The notes under the pieces are model-generated. The model was given only the letters and a program-made list of their open reading frames with translations. It ran no database searches and was not told the DNA's origin. Shown here one piece after another: positions 1-8,557 of a stretch of DNA of 49,136 nucleotides. The stretch covers positions 1-49,136 of the forward strand of contig JBJONJ010000452.1 in the NCBI GenBank assembly GCA_046051905.1, read 5' to 3'. The DNA comes from Verrucomicrobiota bacterium (GTDB taxonomy: Bacteria; Verrucomicrobiota; Verrucomicrobiia; Verrucomicrobiales; Verrucomicrobiaceae). Each line of letters opens with the position of its first letter. Within the stretch, counting starts at the first letter, position 1. Both the position numbers and the translations under genes were made by a program.

Positions 1-1692
1 TGTGAGGTTGAAACCGTCCAACTGGCCGCCTGGGGTGTTGGCCGAGCTGGTGTAGTCATCACCGAGGTTGGCCGCTTTCGGGCTGGCCTGGTTGCCCCAG
101 GGATAGCGTAGGCCCTTATCACCTCGCGCAGCCTTTTCCCACTCCTGCTCGGTGGGAAGGCGCTCACCTCGTGATCGGGCGAAGGCATACGCGTCAAACC
201 AGTCCACCTGCGTGACCGGCATGTCGAGCGAGAGGGTTTCTCCGTTGAAACTGGTTCCGCTTTGCGCCGCTGCGTGATAAGCGGCCCACTTTGGCGGCGT
301 GTGGCCCTCCTTGGTCTTGGGCTGGTCAGGATGGTCAAAACGATTCACGGGGCCTTTTTTCAGCTCGGCAAGAAACTCGGCATACTGCGCGATGGTGACC
401 TCCGTTTTGCGCATCCAGTAGTCCGGAAGCTTTGACTTCTCGTTCTTTTGATACTCGAAGCTTCCCGCTGGAATGTGCTGCCACGTCACGGTGGTGCTGC
501 CGGTCTTTTTCGAGGCAGCGGCGGGAATGAGGCCATTTGTCATGGCTCCGAAAACCGCCACACCGATGAGGATAACGATAGCGGCAAGCCACAGCCACCA
601 CGGACGATCACGGGTGACAGCGGCTGGCAGCGTCTCGGCTTCGATTTTCTTCACGATGCTGTGCTCGCGCATGGCATCGCGGATCTCGTCGAGCGCCTCA
701 AGGAGGCCACTCCAGTCGTGCTGGCCGTTTTGCAGCGTGTCGAGCAAGCCGCGGGCCTTGCCATCGCTGGCGACATCCCGCAGCAGGAGCAGCAGCGCCT
801 TCACATCGGCCTTCGCATCGCGTTTGGCAGTGGAGGCCTGGCGGAAGATGTTGGTGATGCTGGCCTGATGCTCGCCATCCACATAAATATCACGCGCGGC
901 GAGGCTGCGGTGGTGGTAGCCGCGGCTGGTGGCATGCTCCATGGCCTCGGTGATGCCGTGAAGCACCTCGATCACGCGGCGCTCAGAGAGGCGCTCGCCC
1001 GATTCTTCGATCTCCTCCAGCGTGCGGCCGCGTGGGATCTCGCGCGTGTAGAAGAGCCAGCCATTCACCTCGCCCGCCTCATACAGCGGTGCGATGCGGG
1101 CAAAAGTGAGCGAGGCCTTCACGCGGATACGCTCTTTGAATTTCGCGACCACGTCCGGCTTCTTCAAATACTCCGGCTTCAGCAGCACGAGGGCCACGGG
1201 ACGCTGCACGCTGACCTGCACAGCACGGTAGGTCTCCGCCTCGTTTTCGATATAGAGGCGGTCGAGCACCTGGTAACTGCCGAGTACGGTGCCTGGCACC
1301 ATGACGGGGGGCGGCGCGGAGGTATCCACCGGCGCGGCGAGTAGGGCCTGCACGCGCTGGACAAGCTTCTCCGGCGGATACGGACCGTCTTTGAGCACCG
1401 GACTGCCACCGAGCTGCTCCTCGAAGCCGCTCAAATCAAAGCGCGTGGTGAAAAGCACACGCACATGCGGGAAGCGTGCCTGCGCCGCGTCGCGTAGCGC
1501 GAAGCCCGTGTGGCCGGCATCGAAGATCGCCTCGCTCACGAGCACATCGAGCGCCTCTGCCTTCGCGATCCATGCGGCCGCCTCGTCCGCGTCGGCGAGG
1601 GGCACGATGGTGAAGCCGGGAAGCTGCTCTCTCAGGAAGACGGCGCGACTTTCGAGAAGGCTGGCATTGGAATCGACAAAAAGAAGAATCAT
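1..1692 (-). CDS. Partial (runs off the window start) membrane protein: pseudo-receiver domain + degenerate Ser/Thr kinase-like domain + TM helix + FGE-sulfatase (SUMF1-like) domain
   Basis: Not in the ORF track; translated by hand from the ATG at 1690-1692 (minus) and open to base 1. REC-like MILLFVDSN...DVLVSEAIF...VRVLFTT; kinase-like LGSYQVLDRL..YRAVQ..RPVALVLL..YHHRSLAARDIYVD; TM WWLWLAAIVILIGVAVFGAM; FGE motifs PVTQVDWFDAYAFA..RLPTEQEWEKAARG..YPWG. Confidence 0.85.
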   Translation of the reverse strand, partial: MILLFVDSNASLLESRAVFLREQLPGFTIVPLADADEAAAWIAKAEALDVLVSEAIFDAGHTGFALRDAAQARFPHVRVLFTTRFDLSGFEEQLGGSPVLKDGPYPPEKLVQRVQALLAAPVDTSAPPPVMVPGTVLGSYQVLDRLYIENEAETYRAVQVSVQRPVALVLLKPEYLKKPDVVAKFKERIRVKASLTFARIAPLYEAGEVNGWLFYTREIPRGRTLEEIEESGERLSERRVIEVLHGITEAMEHATSRGYHHRSLAARDIYVDGEHQASITNIFRQASTAKRDAKADVKALLLLLRDVASDGKARGLLDTLQNGQHDWSGLLEALDEIRDAMREHSIVKKIEAETLPAAVTRDRPWWLWLAAIVILIGVAVFGAMTNGLIPAAASKKTGSTTVTWQHIPAGSFEYQKNEKSKLPDYWMRKTEVTIAQYAEFLAELKKGPVNRFDHPDQPKTKEGHTPPKWAAYHAAAQSGTSFNGETLSLDMPVTQVDWFDAYAFARSRGERLPTEQEWEKAARGDKGLRYPWGNQASPKAANLGDDYTSSANTPGGQLDGFNLT

Positions 1693-1710
1693 CAGCGGGA
1701 GTGACCTGCA

Positions 1711-3084
1711 TCAGGGCCGGGCCACGGGCGGGAGGAGCGGGTTGGGCGAATTGCCCGGCATCACAGCGCCGGGAATGCTCAGTTTCGCCTGCTCCAGAAG
1801 ATCACGCGGCTCGGCGGCGACGTCCTGGAGCTTGTTGTCATAATAGAGGTGCAGCATGTAGCCGTGGTAGGTCTTCGGATTGCGCTGCGCCGCCTCCTCC
1901 GGCATGGGCGGAGGCAGGGTGTAAACGATGTCCACGATCTCCAGGTCCGTGCCCTGCCAGTTCACCGGCTGTGTCTGCCAGGTCTCGATGAGCTCGGAGC
2001 TGTTGTCGATCTGCGTGCGGCCATTGTGGCGGTAGTAAAAGAAGGCCTTCAAGTCGATGGCATTCGGATCGATGGACTTGCTGCCGTTTCGCTGGATGGG
2101 CACGCGGAGGATGAAACGCTCGCCAGCCTCCTTCACCGAGAAGTCACGCTTGATCTCGCAGGCACCGAGGCGCAGTCGCTTCTCCGACTCGCTCGCCGGT
2201 GGCGATCCGATGGCTGGCGCGGCCACGGTGTCCGCCCCCGGAACATTGCCGAGGCGCCGCAACGCCAGATCGAAGAATTGTCCGGCCTTCGCCGCACCTT
2301 GAAGCTGGATGCCGCGCCACATGTCCACGGCCTTCGAGTTCAATCCCATCTGCTCGTAAACCTCCGCCATCTCAGCCATCACCGCTGGATGGTTTGGCTG
2401 GACGAGATCCGCCTGCTGGAGCGTTTGCAGCGCCTCCTGAGTATTACCCGCCGTGCGCAAATCTTTCGCCGCGGTCAGCAACCCATTCACATCACGTCGC
2501 GGATCCACCGCGCCACGAGGTGCCGGAGGCATCGTGGGAGCTTTCTCGGCACCGGGCAGCGTTTGCGTGCCATCGAGACCTTTTGGAAGGTCCTTCGGCA
2601 TCGGCACTCCGGCACCTGGAAGCGCCGGGCTAGACTCGGTCGTGCCCAGGACTTTCGAAAAATCAGGAATGGGTGGTGGCTTCATGCCCCCGCCGGGAAG
2701 ATCAGGTGGCGGTTCTTTGGTGGTGGGTGCGGGGATCACCGCCGGAATAGGCGGAGCCTTCCCAAACGTCCCTACAGGGGGCGGAGCCGTCATCGAAACA
2801 GATCGAGGCAAGACGGCCCCAGGGACGGAAGAGGTTGTCGGAGCGGGAACCGCGAGTTGTCCCGGTTCCGGAACGGGCCGGCGGATGCCCGTCGAGGCAA
2901 GCCCGGGGAGCGGAGGAACCTCACGGGTGCTCGCGACGGCACTCTCCGACTCCTCCGGGCTTTTGGCGGCCAGCAGCCAGATCAGGAGACCGAGCTGCGA
3001 TATGGCCAGCAGGCCGAGCGAGCCCCAGGCAAGCGCCGAGGAACGCTCACGATTGTGAGTGAGAATGGTGGAGGGGGGAGTCAC
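1711..3084 (-). CDS. Membrane-anchored proline-rich protein with a TPR-like segment and an uncharacterised C-terminal domain
   Basis: 457 aa ORF: N-terminal hydrophobic helix (LAWGSLGLLAISQLGLLIWLL), long Pro/Ala-rich linker, helical TPR-like segment (EALQTLQQADLVQPNHPAVMAEMAEVYEQMG). Ends 18 nt before the start of the fusion gene. Confidence 0.75.
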   Translation of the reverse strand: MTPPSTILTHNRERSSALAWGSLGLLAISQLGLLIWLLAAKSPEESESAVASTREVPPLPGLASTGIRRPVPEPGQLAVPAPTTSSVPGAVLPRSVSMTAPPPVGTFGKAPPIPAVIPAPTTKEPPPDLPGGGMKPPPIPDFSKVLGTTESSPALPGAGVPMPKDLPKGLDGTQTLPGAEKAPTMPPAPRGAVDPRRDVNGLLTAAKDLRTAGNTQEALQTLQQADLVQPNHPAVMAEMAEVYEQMGLNSKAVDMWRGIQLQGAAKAGQFFDLALRRLGNVPGADTVAAPAIGSPPASESEKRLRLGACEIKRDFSVKEAGERFILRVPIQRNGSKSIDPNAIDLKAFFYYRHNGRTQIDNSSELIETWQTQPVNWQGTDLEIVDIVYTLPPPMPEEAAQRNPKTYHGYMLHLYYDNKLQDVAAEPRDLLEQAKLSIPGAVMPGNSPNPLLPPVARP

Positions 3085-3238
3085 GAGGGGTTTTTACCGG
3101 AACGGCCTGTATCGTATGGGTTTGGCCTAGATGTGTCAATACCGCTGCCGGACCGTGTCAGGCGCCGGAACTTTCGCTGGCACGCTAGGTGAGGGTCAGC
3201 GTAGCGGTGATGGAACCGCACCGTTTGACGCAGGGAGC

Positions 3239-4525
3239 TCACTCCTTGAATTCCTCGCGGTCCGGGATGCGATTGAAGGCGATTTTGGAGCCGGAGAAGG
3301 TGCGCACGGTGTCGGGTGTGAAGCCGACGACGATGGAATCGCGACCGTGCTTCTTGTTGATGGCATCGAGCACGCGGGAGAGGGATTCGCGGCGCTGGCG
3401 CGGGTCTTCGCCCTGGGTGAAAAGATCGAGCTGCTGGGGCTGGGTGAGGGATTCGAGGCCAGAGAGTGTGACGGCGACCTTCTTTACCCGCTGCCAGCGG
3501 GCTTGATGCATGACGTTTTCCCACAGGCCACGCATCACCTCGGTAAGCGCGAGGCTGTCATTCACGGCGGAAAAGCGCTGATGCGCCTCGCAGCGCGGCC
3601 CGTCCTCGACGCGAATGCTCACGCTCATCTCGGTGGCACGATGATTGGAGCGTCGCAGGCGGCTGGCGGCCTTGAGAAGCAGGCGACGCAGCACGATGGC
3701 GGCCTGCGGTGGCTTGCGCAGCTCCGGCGAGAGCACATGGCTGTGGCCGATGCTTTTGGGTTCGTGCTCAGGCTCGTCCTCGGAGGGCTCGCCATGCAAA
3801 GCCATCCAGAAGCGATCTCCCACCACACCGCCCCAGGCCTGATGCATCTCCTCGCGGGATGCCTCCCATAGCTCTCGCATGCTGCGGATGCCCACGGCAT
3901 GCAGTCGCGGCTCCATGCGCCGGCCGATGCCGGGAAGGTCCCGCAGTTCCAGATCGAGCAAACGCCCCGGAAGCTCGGCGGCGGTCAAAATGACCAGCCC
4001 GTCCGGCTTCTGCATGTCAGAGGCCACTTTGGCGAGGAAGCGGTTCGGGGCGAGGCCTACGGAGCAGGTAATGCACTCGCCCATCGTGCGACGCAGGCCG
4101 GCTTTGATGCGCTTCGAGAGGTCGATGGCGGCTGGGAGCGGGCGGCGGAGGCGGTCGAGCCGCAGCGCCATCTCGTCGATGGAGCAGACGGAGGTCACGG
4201 GGTAGTGCCGCTCGACCTCTTTGATGATCTCGTGGTGGTACTCGACGTATTTGTCATGCCGGGCCAGCACGAGTTGGAGGTCCGGGCACTTGTGGCGGGC
4301 CTCGCCGATGTTGGTGCCGGTCTTGATGCCAAATTTCTTCGCCTGGGCACTCGCGGCAATGGCACAGGTGGCATCCGTCATCACCGGCACCACAGCCACC
4401 GGTTTGCCCCGCAGCGCCGGATTTTCCTGCTGCTCGACGCTGGCGAAGAAGCTGTTCAAATCGAGAAACAGCCAGTCCACCTCGGGACTGGCAGGTTCTT
4501 CGATGGTGGGCGGCAGCGACGGCAT
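3239..4525 (-). CDS. dinB: Y-family DNA polymerase IV (DinB)
   Basis: Y-family motifs FLDLNSFFASVE, LRGKPVAV, AKKFGIKTG, SIDE, LAKVASDMQKPDG, LPGIG. Confidence 0.9.
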   Translation of the reverse strand: MPSLPPTIEEPASPEVDWLFLDLNSFFASVEQQENPALRGKPVAVVPVMTDATCAIAASAQAKKFGIKTGTNIGEARHKCPDLQLVLARHDKYVEYHHEIIKEVERHYPVTSVCSIDEMALRLDRLRRPLPAAIDLSKRIKAGLRRTMGECITCSVGLAPNRFLAKVASDMQKPDGLVILTAAELPGRLLDLELRDLPGIGRRMEPRLHAVGIRSMRELWEASREEMHQAWGGVVGDRFWMALHGEPSEDEPEHEPKSIGHSHVLSPELRKPPQAAIVLRRLLLKAASRLRRSNHRATEMSVSIRVEDGPRCEAHQRFSAVNDSLALTEVMRGLWENVMHQARWQRVKKVAVTLSGLESLTQPQQLDLFTQGEDPRQRRESLSRVLDAINKKHGRDSIVVGFTPDTVRTFSGSKIAFNRIPDREEFKE

Positions 4526-4553
4526 GGAGCCGACGATGTCGCGGAAGAAAAAC

Positions 4554-4567
4554 TGTTCAAGAGATCA
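4554..4567. promoter_or_regulatory. Putative LexA (SOS) box upstream of dinB
   Basis: TGTTC-AAGA-GATCA, one mismatch to the Verrucomicrobia LexA motif TGTTC-N4-GAACA, 28 nt upstream of the dinB start. Confidence 0.6.
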
Positions 4568-5002
4568 CTTCCGGCCGCCAAAAAGGCCGCCAAGGCTGCT
4601 GCTGATGACGCTGGTGAGCACGCTTTGAAGCTGGCCGCTGGAGGGATGGTTGTCGGCGATTTGGCCTTGAGGGGTGAGCCTGTCGATCACCTTGGGGAGG
4701 AACTGAGCCAGCAGCGGCAGGACGGTGCCAGTGTTCATGCCCAGCTTGCTGGCGAGTCCTTGCAGGGCCTCCGGGCCGATGGCGCTCTGCATCTGCTCCT
4801 CGGTCACCGGTTGGTTTTCACCGGTGGACACCCAGGAGGCAAAGTGGCTGCCAAAGCCAGCGGATTGAAACTGGGACATCAGCCCCTCGATGCCGCCCGC
4901 CTCGCTGAGCAGACCGCTAAGCATCGCGGCAGGATCTTGTTTGGAAGAGCCGCCGAGCATGCTGCCCAGCGCGTTTTTGGCGAATGAATCGAGGAGTCCC
5001 AT
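4565..5002 (-). CDS. YidB/DUF937 family protein
   Basis: Typical sequence MGLLD..GGIEGLMSQFQSAG..SWVSTGENQPV..LAQFLPKVIDRLTPQG. Confidence 0.85.
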   Translation of the reverse strand: MGLLDSFAKNALGSMLGGSSKQDPAAMLSGLLSEAGGIEGLMSQFQSAGFGSHFASWVSTGENQPVTEEQMQSAIGPEALQGLASKLGMNTGTVLPLLAQFLPKVIDRLTPQGQIADNHPSSGQLQSVLTSVISSSLGGLFGGRK

Positions 5003-5045
5003 GAGGCCGCGAGTCTGCGAAGCGCCCGGGGCAAAGTCAACCGCT

Positions 5046-6527
5046 TCACTCCCCTCTCAAATCGAGGCAGATGATGCGCTCGCCTGTTTTCTGCATGAGG
5101 TCCTTCGTTTGCTGGCGCACATAAAGCAGGCCGTGGCTGAGGGCGGGGAGGCTCCAGGTGTTGAGGGCATAAAAGGGCTGGGCTTGAGCGAGGACTTTCG
5201 CACCAGCGGGGCTGAGGTCGAGCCAGTGGAGCGAGCCGATCTCGCCGAGGCAGAGGAAGGCACCGTCCACCTTCAAGAGGCTCGCACGGAGGATGCTGAG
5301 GCGCACGGGATTGGCGCGGCCGGTTTGTTTACTGAACTCCGCATCCTCCCACTCGATCTTTTGCTCCCACACTTCCGCGCCGGTGTCGGCGTTCACGCAG
5401 ACGAGGCGGGACTTGGGCTCGGTCTCGCCGTCGATGGCGTAGAGATGGCCGTCGTGATAAACCGGGTTCATCCAATGCACGCCGAGCTTCGTGGACTTCC
5501 ACACCTCCTTCGGCTGAAAGGCGGCATCATACTCCACCATCACACCGCCGAGCGGCCGGCCCTTTGGATAGGCGGTGGTGATGAAGGCGCGGTTTTTTTC
5601 GGGAATGACCACCGGTGAGGTGCCGATGGCCTGGATGTATTCGTCGTCACGCCAAGCGAATTTTGAATGCAGCTTCCCGCTGGTCGGATCAATGCACATG
5701 AGACCACCGGTGGCCGGATCGCTCTCGCCGCCGGCATAGACGAGTACCTTCGTCTGCCCGTGCAGCTTCGCTGGAATCGGCGACGCATAACTGGCGCCCC
5801 AGGCATCCTCGACCTTCCACACGATGTCGCCGCTCTTCAAATCGAAGGCCGCCACGCTCACGCCTGCTTCAGCGAGGCGCTCTTTTCGCTCCCGCATGCC
5901 AACGGACTCATCGATGGCTGCTTTTTTGCCGCCCACATTCACGATGACGCGACCGTCGAGGATCAACGGCGTGCCGCCAGCGCCGAAGAAATCCTGCGGC
6001 ACATGCATCTCCGTCTTCAAATCATGCTTCCAGAGCAGTTTGCCGGTCTTCAAATCCAGCGCCCGCATCTCCGCTGTCACGCCAAAGGTCACCACGATGC
6101 CCTCGGCAATCACTGGACTGCCTCGCGGGCCATTGCTGAAGCCGTAGCGGTCCTGATAAGTCACCGCGTAGTCGTGCTGCCAGAAGCGTTTTCCATTCTC
6201 GCGATGCAGGCACTCGATGGTTTCCTTGCCTTCGAGGGCGTGGAAGATCACGCAATGCTCGCCGCTGATCGCGGGCGAGTTGTAGCCCTCACCCATCGCC
6301 ACTTCCCACACGGCTTTGGGTTCACCTGCGGCCCATTTTTTCAAAAGCGTGGTCTCTGGTGAAATCGCATCATCCGAGGGACCGAGCACACGCGGCCAGT
6401 CGCTGGTCTTCGCGGCCTTCGAGAGCGGTTTCGGCGCGGCGTGAAAGGTGAGGCGGTCAAAGGCCTCCTGCGCGGCGCAGGCGGAGAAGGCGAAAAGCAG
6501 CAGAAACAGTCTCGACGGGTTTTTCAT
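5046..6527 (-). CDS. Exported PQQ-like (BamB-type) beta-propeller protein
   Basis: Signal peptide; DWPRVLGP start motif; repeated blades ALDLKTGKLLW, AFDLKSGDIVW, CVNADTGAEVW. Confidence 0.85.
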   Translation of the reverse strand: MKNPSRLFLLLFAFSACAAQEAFDRLTFHAAPKPLSKAAKTSDWPRVLGPSDDAISPETTLLKKWAAGEPKAVWEVAMGEGYNSPAISGEHCVIFHALEGKETIECLHRENGKRFWQHDYAVTYQDRYGFSNGPRGSPVIAEGIVVTFGVTAEMRALDLKTGKLLWKHDLKTEMHVPQDFFGAGGTPLILDGRVIVNVGGKKAAIDESVGMRERKERLAEAGVSVAAFDLKSGDIVWKVEDAWGASYASPIPAKLHGQTKVLVYAGGESDPATGGLMCIDPTSGKLHSKFAWRDDEYIQAIGTSPVVIPEKNRAFITTAYPKGRPLGGVMVEYDAAFQPKEVWKSTKLGVHWMNPVYHDGHLYAIDGETEPKSRLVCVNADTGAEVWEQKIEWEDAEFSKQTGRANPVRLSILRASLLKVDGAFLCLGEIGSLHWLDLSPAGAKVLAQAQPFYALNTWSLPALSHGLLYVRQQTKDLMQKTGERIICLDLRGE

Positions 6528-6550
6528 GTTGTGTCAGGCTAACCAACGTC

Positions 6551-6943
6551 ATGAAAAACGCCACTCTCATCCTCGCCGCCGCCGTTTCGCTGTTTTTGAA
6601 CTCCTGCACCTGCTGCCAGACGACGCCGAAGGGCAAGGTCGAGCACATCGTGCTGGTGTGGCTGAAGCGTCCCGGCAATGCCGCCGACCGCGCCAAGCTC
6701 ATCGCCTGCGCGAGAAAGTTCCAGGCGGAGATCCAAGAGATCCAGCACCTCAGCGTCGGCACAGCCGTGGCGAGCGAGCGCCCCATCGTGGATGACAGTT
6801 TCGATGTCGGCTTTGTGATGCGCTTTGCCAGCAAGGCGGACATGGACGCCTATGAAAAGCATCCCGTGCATCAAAACACCGTGAAGGAGACCCTTCTGCC
6901 GCTGGCGAAGAAGGTGCAGGTCTATGACATCGGCTGCGAGTGA
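6551..6943 (+). CDS. Dabb (stress-responsive A/B barrel) family lipoprotein
   Basis: Lipobox-like FLNSC; HIVLVWLK, FDVGFVMRF..DMDAYEKHPVH, VYD. Confidence 0.8.
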   Translation: MKNATLILAAAVSLFLNSCTCCQTTPKGKVEHIVLVWLKRPGNAADRAKLIACARKFQAEIQEIQHLSVGTAVASERPIVDDSFDVGFVMRFASKADMDAYEKHPVHQNTVKETLLPLAKKVQVYDIGCE

Positions 6944-7145
6944 TCCGCAGCGTCCATACGACGTGCCGGTGATCTCGTTCACAAAGGTGTTCACGCGTTC
7001 GATGAACTCGTCGGCCTCCATTTGCGTCACGCCTATGATCTGCTCGTTTTTTTGCATGACTTCGGACGCGCGCTCTTCGTCTTCGCGCCTCGAATGAAAC
7101 GCGGGCAAAGCCGCCACGCCAGACAAGCGACTGAATCCTAGCGAC

Positions 7146-7313
7146 ATGCTCCAGCTCGTGGGCGACAAAGAAAGCCTCGACCACGCCACGCAAGCCCTCG
7201 GCAATGCCGTTCACATGCCTCAGGAGACAAAGCTCGCGGCGATCTTCGTTGGCATTTTGTCCGGCCTGCTGCTCACGATGCTCATGCGCCTGGTCGCTGC
7301 TCAGATGGGGTGA
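7146..7313 (+). CDS. Putative small (55 aa) membrane protein
   Basis: Hand translation MLQLVGDKESLDHATQALGNAVHMPQETKLAAIFVGILSGLLLTMLMRLVAAQMG*; genome-like codon usage; one C-terminal hydrophobic helix; below the size of ORFs in the track. Confidence 0.5.
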   Translation: MLQLVGDKESLDHATQALGNAVHMPQETKLAAIFVGILSGLLLTMLMRLVAAQMG

Positions 7314-7314
7314 G

Positions 7315-7380
7315 GTTTCAGTTTCAAAGTTTCCAGTTTCACGGCTTCCGCCTTGAAACTTGGAAACTGAAACTTGAAAC
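7315..7380. repeat. Inverted array of short GTTTCA/TGAAAC units (REP-like hairpin)
   Basis: Four GTTTC-containing units (7315-7341), a short spacer with GGC-TTCC-GCC, then four GAAAC-containing units (7354-7380). Confidence 0.75.
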
Positions 7381-7410
7381 GTCACCCTCTCCTCCACCGA
7401 CTTGGAGAGG

Positions 7411-8484
7411 ATGAAACTCGCTTTCGCCCTCTTCTCGCTCCTCACGCTCGGTTTTGCCGAGGCACCGTTCACGACAATGCCAGCGGAGTTTGCCTCAAAA
7501 CCTGCGGTGGGAGCTTCACCGCTGATTTTTCGCGATGGCAGCCCCGTGAAGACCGCGCAGGACTGGCAACGGCGACGCGAAGAGATCCTCCAGGACTGGC
7601 ATGGCCTCATGGCCACCTGGCCGAAGGTGATCGAGAATCCCCGCCTCGAAGTTTTGGAGACCAAAGAGCGCGAAGAAGGCATCACGCAGCGAAAAGTGCG
7701 CATCGAAATCGCCCCCGGCCAGACTGGCGAGGGCTACCTGCTGCTTCCGAAAGCCTCTGGCAAACGTCCCGCGGTCTTCGTGCCGTATTACGATCCAGAA
7801 ACCAGTGCCGGACTCGGCCCGAAACCGCTACGTGATTTTGCCTGGCAGCTCGCCCGTCGGGGTTTCGTGACGCTTTGCATCGGCTCACCCGGTGGCGATG
7901 CGCGGAAACCTGTGCTGAGCCACGAAGCGAAATGCCAGCCGCTGTCTTACCTCGGCTACATTGGCGCGAACATGTGGCACGCCCTCGCCGCGCAGCCGGA
8001 GGTCGATGCCAGCCGCATCGGCATCGTCGGCCATTCGTATGGCGGGAAGTGGTCGCTGTTTGGCTCCTGCCTGTGGGAAAAGTATGCCTGCGCTGCCTGG
8101 AGCGATCCCGGCATCGTGTTTGAGGAAACTCGCCACAGCATCAACTACCAGGAGCCCTGGTATCTGGGCCTCGATCCCTCGCTCACCCGCAAACCTGGCC
8201 TCGTGCGAGCGGACAGCCCGCGCACCGGTGCCTACAAGGTGCTCGTCGAAAAAGGCCACGACCTGCAGGAACTGCACGCACTGATGGCTCCGCGACCCTT
8301 CCTCGTCTCTGGCGGGGAAGAGGACCCGCCGAAGCGCTGGCTCTCGCTCAAGCACGCCATCGCCGTGAACCAACTCCTCGGCCACACCGACCGCGTCTCG
8401 ATGACGAACCGCGAGAAGCACGATCCCAACGAAGCATCCAACGCGGCCATCTACCGCTTCTTCGAGCACTGGCTGAAGCCTTGA
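7411..8484 (+). CDS. Exported alpha/beta hydrolase (dienelactone hydrolase / carbohydrate esterase-like)
   Basis: Signal peptide MKLAFALFSLLTLGFA; nucleophile elbow RIGIVGHSYGG; ELHALMAPRPFLV. Confidence 0.8.
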   Translation: MKLAFALFSLLTLGFAEAPFTTMPAEFASKPAVGASPLIFRDGSPVKTAQDWQRRREEILQDWHGLMATWPKVIENPRLEVLETKEREEGITQRKVRIEIAPGQTGEGYLLLPKASGKRPAVFVPYYDPETSAGLGPKPLRDFAWQLARRGFVTLCIGSPGGDARKPVLSHEAKCQPLSYLGYIGANMWHALAAQPEVDASRIGIVGHSYGGKWSLFGSCLWEKYACAAWSDPGIVFEETRHSINYQEPWYLGLDPSLTRKPGLVRADSPRTGAYKVLVEKGHDLQELHALMAPRPFLVSGGEEDPPKRWLSLKHAIAVNQLLGHTDRVSMTNREKHDPNEASNAAIYRFFEHWLKP

Positions 8485-8489
8485 AGAAA

Positions 8490-8546
8490 GTAGAACAGGT
8501 TTTTAACCTGTTCATCAGAAACGAACAGGTTAAAAACCTGTTCCAC
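8490..8546. repeat. REPIN: two inverted GTAG/GTGG-type REP hairpins
   Basis: GTAGAACAGGTTTTTAACCTGTTC (8490-8513), 9-nt spacer, GAACAGGTTAAAAACCTGTTCCAC (8523-8546). The second is the reverse complement of the first with one difference, and each is itself a hairpin. Confidence 0.85.
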
Positions 8547-8557
8547 TTTACCACACC

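Noticed and set aside
448-1344. 298-aa + strand ORF (and similar long antisense ORFs such as 1849-3192, 3899-4987, 11643-12593, 22329-23222)
   Set aside because: Shadow ORFs opposite well-supported genes in GC-rich DNA; no recognisable motifs.
8509-8527. TGTTC...GAACA half-sites resembling the LexA box
   Set aside because: Spacing is 9 nt, not 4, and the half-sites are explained by the REPIN.
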